From the NCBI GenBank assembly GCA_030747675.1, contig JASLKH010000001.1, positions 1 to 11,526 of the forward strand: DNA of 11,526 bases, in the 5' to 3' direction. This DNA is from Candidatus Thalassarchaeaceae archaeon (GTDB lineage Archaea > Thermoplasmatota > Poseidoniia > Poseidoniales > Thalassarchaeaceae). Position numbers and translations under genes: made by a program. Below are positions 1 through 7,114 of this stretch, piece by piece. The notes below the pieces were generated by a model. That model was not told where the DNA came from. It made no database searches and saw only the letters and a list, made by a program, of their open reading frames with translations. Positions within the stretch are counted from its first letter, which is position 1. Every line of letters begins with the position of its first letter.

Positions 1-2175
1 GGTTCCATAGAAATTGCGAATTTCCCTTTACGCGCTGTTGATGTTTTACGGTATATTGACGATAATGGAATGCTTGATCTCCGCACTCTTAATGAGGAAT
101 TAATCCAACGAGATTTGGATAAACATGTGGAGAAACAATTAGTGGGTTCACTTGGAGATTTACCCCGTACCCGTTCATTTTTTGGTAGAGAAACCGAAAT
201 GGAGAATATATCCAATTTGTTAGATGCTCGCTCTACCTGCCTGTTACTTCCGGGTATTGCTGGCATTGGAAAAACCGCATTAGCGGGAAGAATTATTGAA
301 GAATACACACATCGAAGAAATTTGTTGTATCATCGTTGCCAAGACTGGGAAGGGAGTCGTGCATTTATGGAAGCAATTGCGGAATGGCTTTCAGCAATTG
401 GTGATGACGAACTTTCCAATTATGTACAGAGTTCATCTGTACCGCAAGCAACGGTTGTAGTGAACATCATTGTCAGTGCTCTTGAGGAAACACCTGCTCT
501 GATTGTTATTGATGATTTACACAAAGTCAACGACGAAGTCCTATATTCCCTTATCCGAGGTTTATCTCTACGAATGGTGGATATGCGAGAGTGTGGGCTT
601 GTTTTATTCAGTCGCTCGTATAGGGAAGTGGTTCCTACCAAGGATGCAGAAGGTAAGATTGCGACATTGATGTTACCATTAGAGGGATTGGATCAGTCTG
701 CTAGTCGTAATTTGCTAACAACTATGCCAGATATTGATGTTTCATCATTCTTGCACATTTACACACTATCGAGAGGCCACCCTCTTATTTTGCAATTAAT
801 CAACAGAGGTTCAGTAGGCAGTACATTCCACGACACATTAGAAAAATTCGTTGAAAAAGAAATTTTCAGTCGATTATCGGGTGCAGAGAAAAGTGTCCTT
901 GGTGCTATTGCAATCTATAGGGAGCCAATGCCTTTGGATGCATTATCTAGTCACGAAGTAGAGACTAATTTACTCGATAGTTTGGTTGAGAAAGGACTTG
1001 CTCGTCAAGCAGACAGTGAGAACTACGATGTCCATGACCTTGTTCGCGAGTTCCTTTTGAGAACAATCGATTCTCAAACAGCTACAAAGTTGCACTCTGC
1101 TGCATGTGAATGGTACCGTAATCGTCAAGATAGTTCTGAATTACAATTGGAATTGATTTATCATTTGGTTAATGCAGGAGATATTGACGAACTTTCAACC
1201 GTACTGAGTAAATATGGGCATGATTTGGTAAATGGTGGGTATGTGGAATTATTATCTCTCTTGAAAGATTTAGATGAGTCACAGTTTAACCTTGCTGCAC
1301 AATCAAATATACTTGAGTTACGTGGAAATATATACTCTCTACAGGGGCGCTGGGCTGATGCAGAAAAGGAATATGATTTGGCACTACCATTAGTAAAAGA
1401 GCAGAAGGTGAGTGACGCGGAAGGCCGCCTCCTTTCAAACAAGGCAGATATCTGTGTTCAAAGAGGAGAAGCAGATGCAGCATTGAAACTACACCGTGAG
1501 GCACTAGAGATTTTCATAGCAACTAAGGATGCCCAAGGTGCGGCACGAACATATACGAATATGGGCTATATATTCCGTCATCGGAAGGATATAAAGCGAG
1601 CATTGGAAGTCTATGGCAACGTTGAGGGTCTCCTTGATGCCGAGAATGATGAATCACTGAACGAAGTTCGAATTAAATTAGCATCTGCATTTTTAGAAAT
1701 GGGAGAAATTGATCGGGCTAGGGAGCACGCAATACAATCATTTGAAGCTACAGAAAAAAGTGAAGACAAGGCTTTACACGCTCGTTCGAGGGCAGTCCTT
1801 GGCCGATTGTATGCACGTACAGGTGATCCTGAATTGGCATTGCACCATTATTCAGAAGCTCTTGAACAGATGGCGGAAGAAACCAATCAGAAGACCGCCG
1901 TTGAAGTAAAGATTCTCCTTGGTGAAACTTTGTCTGATTCAGGTCGTACAGATGAAGCAGTTGAGCATTACCTCGAAGGTCTGGTAATGGCTGAAGCAAA
2001 CGATTTCAGACCATTAATAGGTGAATTGTTGGCCCGATTAGGTAATGCTGCACCTGAGAAAGCTGAACGGATGAATTATCTTCAACGTGCTTTGACAGTT
2101 TTCAGAGAATTAGGTGCTGGAGAGCGCATGCGTGAAGTGCAGGGGCAAATGCATCGAGCAATCATGGGGCGCTAA
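1..2175 (+). CDS. STAND-class P-loop NTPase (MalT/AP-ATPase/NB-ARC-like) with C-terminal TPR sensor array; 5'-partial
   Basis: The frame is open from base 1 (GSIEIANFPLRAVDVLRYIDDNG then M at 70) with no SD before ATG70, so the true start is likely upstream of the window. Motifs: FFGRETE (~178-198), Walker A GIAGIGKT (253-276), Walker B LIVIDDLH (from 499), GxP motif SRGHPL (~769-786), MHD-like VHD (1030-1038), then about 7 TPR-like helical pairs (~1290-2150, e.g. LGRLYARTGDPELALHHYSEAL). Stop TAA at 2173-2175. Confidence 0.9.
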   Translation, partial: GSIEIANFPLRAVDVLRYIDDNGMLDLRTLNEELIQRDLDKHVEKQLVGSLGDLPRTRSFFGRETEMENISNLLDARSTCLLLPGIAGIGKTALAGRIIEEYTHRRNLLYHRCQDWEGSRAFMEAIAEWLSAIGDDELSNYVQSSSVPQATVVVNIIVSALEETPALIVIDDLHKVNDEVLYSLIRGLSLRMVDMRECGLVLFSRSYREVVPTKDAEGKIATLMLPLEGLDQSASRNLLTTMPDIDVSSFLHIYTLSRGHPLILQLINRGSVGSTFHDTLEKFVEKEIFSRLSGAEKSVLGAIAIYREPMPLDALSSHEVETNLLDSLVEKGLARQADSENYDVHDLVREFLLRTIDSQTATKLHSAACEWYRNRQDSSELQLELIYHLVNAGDIDELSTVLSKYGHDLVNGGYVELLSLLKDLDESQFNLAAQSNILELRGNIYSLQGRWADAEKEYDLALPLVKEQKVSDAEGRLLSNKADICVQRGEADAALKLHREALEIFIATKDAQGAARTYTNMGYIFRHRKDIKRALEVYGNVEGLLDAENDESLNEVRIKLASAFLEMGEIDRAREHAIQSFEATEKSEDKALHARSRAVLGRLYARTGDPELALHHYSEALEQMAEETNQKTAVEVKILLGETLSDSGRTDEAVEHYLEGLVMAEANDFRPLIGELLARLGNAAPEKAERMNYLQRALTVFRELGAGERMREVQGQMHRAIMGR

Positions 2176-2652
2176 TTAGAACCCAGGCTGTTTCGTTTGA
2201 ATGGTTACTTCCCCTTGATCTAGCACAACCCAAATGGTGTCAATTCCAGATATACTCAGTTGACCGGAGTGTGTCGTTGCAGCAGCCCCAGATATAGCAT
2301 GACTTGAACTATATTCTCCCCCAGAGTCAATGATGTGAATGGCATCATCAGTTAACCACATTTTCAATTCAAGCCCAGTTGCTCCGGAGAGATGGAGATT
2401 CACGGGTTCAGCATAACGGGCAGCAGGGTCAATCCTGGCCGCTTCATCTGCTCGTTCTATTGCTTCACTTGTTGAGAACAGATTTTCTTCAATAGCCTCG
2501 TTAGTCCAACGTTTTTGCGTGGCAGTTTCAATATCCCATACCCATATGGAAAACGAAGATAATAGCATCAAACCAAGTAAGAATGTGAAAATGTATCCTA
2601 TTTCTGTTGCTGCACCTTCCTCATTTCGATGTAATTTGGAATATGTCCTCAT
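2176..2652 (-). CDS. Small archaeal pilin-like protein with class III signal peptide (158 aa; resembles haloarchaeal DUF7266-type minor pilins, from memory)
   Basis: Charged N-terminus MRTYSKLHRNEEG/AATEIGYIFTFLLGLMLLSSFSIWVW, then an amphipathic helix and a small beta-rich C-terminus. SD GGTGGTGA at 2666-2659, 6 nt before the ATG. ATGA overlap with the upstream gene at 2649-2652. Confidence 0.75.
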   Translation of the reverse strand: MRTYSKLHRNEEGAATEIGYIFTFLLGLMLLSSFSIWVWDIETATQKRWTNEAIEENLFSTSEAIERADEAARIDPAARYAEPVNLHLSGATGLELKMWLTDDAIHIIDSGGEYSSSHAISGAAATTHSGQLSISGIDTIWVVLDQGEVTIQTKQPGF

Positions 2653-4970
2653 AGCGATTCACCACCTTCAGCATGGCTGGAAATTTGTGCTACTTGGATG
2701 TTGAATTTCACAGGGTCCCCTCCTGCGTGATATACTACTTCTGGCATTGTAGGAGATGTTTGTACCCATCCGACGTAATCATTCAGCATCTGTAATTGTC
2801 CAGGGAATGCGAGCCAGTCTGCAGAGAAATCTGTTGATGCTGCTGAATTAGCAGCAATGACTTCAGCATAAGGGCCATCCCAGCCACGTCGAACCTGATA
2901 TGCTGTCATTGAGGCCAATTGATCACGTGTATTCAATGAGAGAGTCATTGATACATCAGTTGCTCCCTCAATAGAATCAGTGGTTGGTAAAATTAAGGGG
3001 ATGGTAACTGCAACTCTTGGCCCTGGTCCTTCTCTAGATGGCGGCTCTACGAGAACAGATGGTTTGTATTCCGGATGGTTGGTTCCAACAAATCCGCCAT
3101 TAGATATAATTTCAAGATCTGAGACACTTGAATCGAAGGTATAGGTCAATCGCGGTAGGTTAAGTGCCCATGCGGTCCCTAACGTTACATGTGGTTCATC
3201 AGAAACGCCCCCTCTAATTGTCATTTGAATGCCAAAGAAATGGTCCCCTGTTCTCCATGCTTGGCGAATTCCCTGTGGACCTAATTGGCTGATTGTTTCC
3301 CAAGGTAATGCCGCTTCAATCCAGCCAGATGCACGTGTGTCGATATTGATGCATCTGTCATACCCGTCCTCTGGTACCATAGTGGCGCCTGAACCACCAG
3401 CACTTACCCAAAGCCTAGCAGGGCCATTGGTGGTTGACATGGATGCAGTATTGTATTGGGATTCTGTTAATTGCATTGTTTTAATTTCATTATGCTCTAG
3501 ATTACCAATGCTATCATTGCTTGGGTCCGATGTGTGGATAGGTGTCAGCCATGACACACTAGGGGCTGCTGGTTGCAGAATAACTCCGGTATCCCCGGTC
3601 AGTGGGCTCTCCGCATTGCCGCCATTAGTGGGTGTCGCAAATGACCAGCTCATGCCAGTGCTTCGACCAGTATCTGCTGCAGGGATTATCGACAAACTGC
3701 CGGGGCGCCATGTTTGTGCATGATTTGCCGCATCACCCAAAGTTTGCGTATCTAAAATCCACTCCACAGTAATTGGTGTGGTAGAATCAATCCATGAAAG
3801 GCTATCAGTATTCCACGCAATTCGGATGGATGAAAGTCCGCTGATGGAATGGTACAAACCATTTATTTTTGCAGTGGTTGAAGTTATACTGGGGTTGTGG
3901 AGAACTATTGTCCCATTCATTGCAGGCGGTTGAAATTTTGTCCCAGTCCATGCTCCGTTTCTATCAGGTAAATGGAATGCACCGGGTCCCTCTCCATCTA
4001 GTGTAATGGATACCCCCCAGTGCAGGATTAATTGAGCATCAGAAGAAGTTTGCACTTCCAACCGATCTGCAGTAGATGTAAAGACGGTCTCTGACCATAT
4101 ATGTGTGTTACCAGTTTCATCAGAAGGAACTTGTGCATAATTGGTGCTTGAAGAAATTCCTAAACCACGATTGATAGAAGTCCCCCAATCTACTGTAAAT
4201 GGACCCTCAGAGGAAATTTGTAGATTGTGATAACCTTCTTGCAAAGGTATTGACCACATGCGGCCATTATCCGTTCCGGGGGTTGATAGGTCAGGGGATG
4301 CAACAAACGCGCCACCATTTCCACGCCAGAGAGCCACTTGCAATGGTGCATCGGAATGAATCCAAGATTCTCCATCTTGACTGTAAATAATTTCTTGCCA
4401 TATCCCATCGGCTTGTAAATCATAGATATTTTTCCCAGTAGATGTCTCAAATGTAATTTCATTCGGACCCAATTGGGCTGAAAGTGAGTGCTGAGGTGTG
4501 GCTGTGATTGTACCATTTACAGGAGGAATACGGTAGTGGAAAAGAGATTCAGGAGATGCATGTAAGTCTGTAGAGCATAGCGTTTCAATAAGGTTATTCG
4601 GGTGCCTGAAACGTATTTCGTCATCCAAGTCTAGGACACTATCAAGTCGAAATTCAGTATTTTCTTGATGGGTCGCCGAATACCATGTCCCACCTCTTTG
4701 GAGGTCCCATGAAAGACTCCCTGTATGGGGTTTCAATGACATTCTAGCAGTATCTCCAGGAGTCCCAGATTCACTTAACCGCTCAGTTTCAGAGGCTAAA
4801 TCACTCATTTGTCCGCCCATGGTTTCACGTTCAATTGACCCATGCATTTCATTAATTACTGGAGCAATTGTGACCATCATCCCTGAGATGATTGTTAGAA
4901 CACCTGCGAACAAAAGGACAGTAGCAATTGCAGCAGAAACTGCTTCCTCATCTTGCTCACGACGAATCAT
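2649..4970 (-). CDS. Large pilin-like/adhesin protein with class III signal peptide (773 aa; DUF7289-like N-terminus plus large beta-rich insert)
   Basis: MIRREQDEEA/VSAAIATVLLFAGVLTIISGMMVTIAP matches the archaeal prepilin pattern (charged leader, [GA] at -1, hydrophobic stretch). Body is Ser/Thr/Gly/Trp-rich and extracellular-like. SD AGGTGG at 4983-4978. ATGA overlaps at both ends. Confidence 0.8.
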   Translation of the reverse strand: MIRREQDEEAVSAAIATVLLFAGVLTIISGMMVTIAPVINEMHGSIERETMGGQMSDLASETERLSESGTPGDTARMSLKPHTGSLSWDLQRGGTWYSATHQENTEFRLDSVLDLDDEIRFRHPNNLIETLCSTDLHASPESLFHYRIPPVNGTITATPQHSLSAQLGPNEITFETSTGKNIYDLQADGIWQEIIYSQDGESWIHSDAPLQVALWRGNGGAFVASPDLSTPGTDNGRMWSIPLQEGYHNLQISSEGPFTVDWGTSINRGLGISSSTNYAQVPSDETGNTHIWSETVFTSTADRLEVQTSSDAQLILHWGVSITLDGEGPGAFHLPDRNGAWTGTKFQPPAMNGTIVLHNPSITSTTAKINGLYHSISGLSSIRIAWNTDSLSWIDSTTPITVEWILDTQTLGDAANHAQTWRPGSLSIIPAADTGRSTGMSWSFATPTNGGNAESPLTGDTGVILQPAAPSVSWLTPIHTSDPSNDSIGNLEHNEIKTMQLTESQYNTASMSTTNGPARLWVSAGGSGATMVPEDGYDRCINIDTRASGWIEAALPWETISQLGPQGIRQAWRTGDHFFGIQMTIRGGVSDEPHVTLGTAWALNLPRLTYTFDSSVSDLEIISNGGFVGTNHPEYKPSVLVEPPSREGPGPRVAVTIPLILPTTDSIEGATDVSMTLSLNTRDQLASMTAYQVRRGWDGPYAEVIAANSAASTDFSADWLAFPGQLQMLNDYVGWVQTSPTMPEVVYHAGGDPVKFNIQVAQISSHAEGGESL

Positions 4971-6001
4971 TTCACTACCACCTGTTGGAGTAAAACATCC
5001 AGTGAAATGGTTGCATATGTAGGGTGCATTGTCATCCCCTCGACCCCTGAAATCCGCCCATAGGGGCCAAAACCCACATAATTTTCTAATTCTCCAGTCG
5101 AACGATGTAGGTCATAATCGTCAGTCCATTCTTGCCTATATTTTGTTGCCCGCCCATCTTCTGATGTGAAATCGGTTTCAATTCTGACATTCCTGGCTTC
5201 ATCTGAAAAGAATGTTATTTGTCCCTCACTAATTAGTTCTAAACTGGCATCATCGGCAAATCCTGTGCCTACCATATCAGTATCGAGAAGTACAAGGGAT
5301 ACTCTGTACTCTCCATTCAACGTCAAATCATGATCCAAGCGCGGGTAGCCAAAAATATCCACCGGTTTGTTTGGAAGTTGTTGGACCCTTGCACCATTAA
5401 TCAAGTCAATTGTAAAATCTCCACCTGTCAGTGGTGTGCTTAACCGAATTCCATCTAGAGGAACTTGTATCCATCGATAGATAATATCTCCTTCTGAATT
5501 GAATACATCTACAAGAATCCAACCAGTTAAATCAAGAGTAATTGACAATTGCCCTTGACCATTTTGTAAACTACCATTTTCTTGACCTAGAGTGGTTGTG
5601 ATTCGTACTTCTGCTGCGGTTCCGTTTACCGAATTAATACTAACTCTCCCTGAGGAAATGTCCGCAGTAACCCGATCATCCCCTGACAAGTCTGCTGAAA
5701 TCTTCCAAATCTCAGATAGTCGAACGGGTTGAATAATTTCAGCAAGATGGACACTTGAAACAACTAACCCGGAGCCTTCAGGTGCTTCGGCAGCAATTAG
5801 TAGCCTGTCATTGAATTGGTTTGCAGCTACACTTGCGGAAGTCCATTCACGATTATCATTCAAATCCTGCATGAATGGTTGCATTACGACAACAACACCT
5901 GCCATGGTGGTGATGACCATTGCTAGAAGCATGGTGACTCCCATAATCTCTGAAACGGCCTTTTCGTCATCTCGCTTGGGGGCGCCAGATGGTTGCCGCA
6001 T
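4967..6001 (-). CDS. Archaeal pilin-like protein with class III signal peptide (344 aa; Pilin_N/DUF7289-like)
   Basis: MRQPSGAPKRDDEKA/VSEIMGVTMLLAMVITTMAGVVVVMQP has a canonical [KR][GA] cleavage site followed by the VS-x-I-x-G hydrophobic pilin helix. The remainder is beta-rich with NGT/NGS sequons. Confidence 0.85.
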   Translation of the reverse strand: MRQPSGAPKRDDEKAVSEIMGVTMLLAMVITTMAGVVVVMQPFMQDLNDNREWTSASVAANQFNDRLLIAAEAPEGSGLVVSSVHLAEIIQPVRLSEIWKISADLSGDDRVTADISSGRVSINSVNGTAAEVRITTTLGQENGSLQNGQGQLSITLDLTGWILVDVFNSEGDIIYRWIQVPLDGIRLSTPLTGGDFTIDLINGARVQQLPNKPVDIFGYPRLDHDLTLNGEYRVSLVLLDTDMVGTGFADDASLELISEGQITFFSDEARNVRIETDFTSEDGRATKYRQEWTDDYDLHRSTGELENYVGFGPYGRISGVEGMTMHPTYATISLDVLLQQVVVK

Positions 6002-6041
6002 GTTACCTCATACCGGGACGTGTTCTTAGCCATTCTCCATT

Positions 6042-6066
6042 TCACCTCATACTGAGGTGATTTTTT
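6042..6066. promoter_or_regulatory. Perfect 8-bp/3-nt-loop inverted repeat (TCACCTCA-tac-TGAGGTGA) followed by T6 on +; on the minus strand its 3' arm is a perfect SD (TGAGGTGA)
   Basis: 6042-6049 is the reverse complement of 6053-6060, and TTTTTT occupies 6061-6066. It lies in the 67-bp gap between the MBL gene and the first pilin-like gene. Function (terminator, operator or translational hairpin) is unresolved. Confidence 0.55.
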
Positions 6067-6068
6067 GC

Positions 6069-6875
6069 TTAAATCAGAATCTCCGGTTCAACCTGCCCAA
6101 CCCAGTGGCTGAATTCTGGTCCATCACGTCCAGCAATACGCAAATCTCCACCCCAATTTTCTGATTGATATAGTACCTCACTTTCTGCGAGATGTGGAGC
6201 ATTATTTCTTTCCGATAAATGGCATAGCACGAGGCTCTTTGTTTCGACATCGAGAATTTCTGACATCAAGTCTGCAGTTTGCCGATTAGATAAGTGTCCC
6301 CCGCGCCCAGAAATTCTACTTTTGAGACTTGATGGGTAGGGGCCTAATGCTAATTTCTTCGCATCATAATTCGCTTCTATTGATATGTGTGCACATCCCT
6401 GCAGATGTTTCCTAATTTCATCTGTAATTTCACCGAGATCAGTGACGATTGCGGCTCGTTCATTTCCTCCGCTACTGATGATGAATCCGACATTTTCTGC
6501 CCCATCATGGGGGACTGGGACAGGGAGTATGGAAATTTCGGTCGTCACATCAACCCTCTCTAGTGACTCAAATATCCGGCATTGATTGACCGGATCAAGC
6601 CCCATCTTCGCACAAGTGGTAAAGTTCGCCAATATTTCGGCACCCCAACGTCGTTGGAATATTTCAGCACCTTGGACATGGTCGGTGTGGTGGTGACTCA
6701 AAATAATGGCATCTACCGACTGTGGATTGACCCCTATCCTCCCCAATCTTTTTTCCATTTGGCGACCACTTAATCCGCAGTCTACGAGAACTTTGGAATT
6801 CTCACTCTGGATTAGTGTGGCATTGCCGCGGCTACCCGAACCCAAGTGAATAATCTCGAAGCTCATGACCGTCAT
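6069..6875 (-). CDS. yycJ: Metallo-beta-lactamase-fold hydrolase, YycJ/WalJ (PhnP-like) family, putative nuclease
   Basis: Motifs LGSGSRGNATL, DCGLS, metal-binding HxHxDH (SHHHTDH), HD, TDLG, IEANYD, GPYPSSLKSRISGRGGHLSN and HLSERNN. The later motifs are typical of YycJ-like proteins. No signal peptide. The real start may be the second ATG at 6866 (MSFEIIHL). The symbol indicates family resemblance, not proven orthology. Confidence 0.85.
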   Translation of the reverse strand: MTVMSFEIIHLGSGSRGNATLIQSENSKVLVDCGLSGRQMEKRLGRIGVNPQSVDAIILSHHHTDHVQGAEIFQRRWGAEILANFTTCAKMGLDPVNQCRIFESLERVDVTTEISILPVPVPHDGAENVGFIISSGGNERAAIVTDLGEITDEIRKHLQGCAHISIEANYDAKKLALGPYPSSLKSRISGRGGHLSNRQTADLMSEILDVETKSLVLCHLSERNNAPHLAESEVLYQSENWGGDLRIAGRDGPEFSHWVGQVEPEILI

Positions 6876-6911
6876 TTCGGCTCGGGGATTCGACGCTCCT
6901 TGAATGCAACG

Positions 6912-6921
6912 TATGATGCTG
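6912..6921 (-). promoter_or_regulatory. Copy 1 of shared 10-mer CAGCATCATA, upstream of the MBL/pilin unit
   Basis: The + strand reads TATGATGCTG, the exact reverse complement of 7057-7066. It lies 37-46 nt upstream of ATG 6875. Confidence 0.35.
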
Positions 6922-7056
6922 GGGAATTCCGGTCATTTAGGAACTTATTTTCTATGGCCGAATAGTAACTTTCGAATGGCTAAAAATTTCATTATTAAAA
7001 TTCTCTATTCTAAAAAAGAGTAATTTCCATCGAGATATGTCCGAACGTCGCTCCAT

Positions 7057-7066
7057 CAGCATCATA
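7057..7066 (+). promoter_or_regulatory. Copy 2 of shared 10-mer CAGCATCATA, upstream of the giant surface protein
   Basis: CAGCATCATA at 7057-7066, 49-58 nt upstream of ATG 7115, in the same orientation relative to its gene as copy 1. Confidence 0.35.
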
Positions 7067-7087
7067 AGCGAGAGAGTGGGGAATGCG

Positions 7088-7110
7088 CTGTGGGTATAAC
7101 CCACAGGTGG
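7088..7110 (+). promoter_or_regulatory. 8-bp hairpin (CTGTGGGT-ATA-ACCCACAG) overlapping the SD (AGGTGG, 7105-7110) of the giant ORF
   Basis: 7088-7095 pairs perfectly with 7099-7106. The SD ends 4 nt before ATG 7115. Confidence 0.5.
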
Positions 7111-7114
7111 GTCC

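Noticed and set aside
70-72. ATG70 as the start of the STAND protein
   Set aside because: The frame is open from base 1 with plausible protein sequence and there is no SD, so it is probably an internal Met.
420-1999. Short alternative-frame or antisense ORFs within the STAND gene (420-641, 1161-1442, 1286-1504, 1709-1909, 1748-1999)
   Set aside because: They are fully nested in a motif-rich CDS, have no recognisable motifs, and are consistent with shadow ORFs.
1-2175. Calling the STAND protein an Avs antiviral system
   Set aside because: No effector domain is visible, there are no neighbouring defence genes, and the N-terminus lies outside the window.
2176-6001. Archaellin (flaB/arlB) annotation for the class III proteins
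   Set aside because: The archaellin GIGTLIVFIAMVLVAAV-type N-terminus is absent and there are no arl accessory genes in the window.
2519-6773. Nested ORFs over the minus-strand unit (e.g. 3229-3723, 4190-4516, 4819-5022, 5811-6029, 6385-6585, 6582-6773)
   Set aside because: They are antisense or off-frame shadows of well-supported genes, with no independent evidence.
6976-7023. 15-aa ORF MAKNFIIKILYSKKE in the intergenic region
   Set aside because: It has no SD and lies in an AT-rich promoter-like stretch, with no supporting evidence.
6876-7114. tRNA or structured ncRNA in the intergenic region
   Set aside because: No cloverleaf, T-loop motif or C/D box pair was found; only the short inverted repeats already reported.
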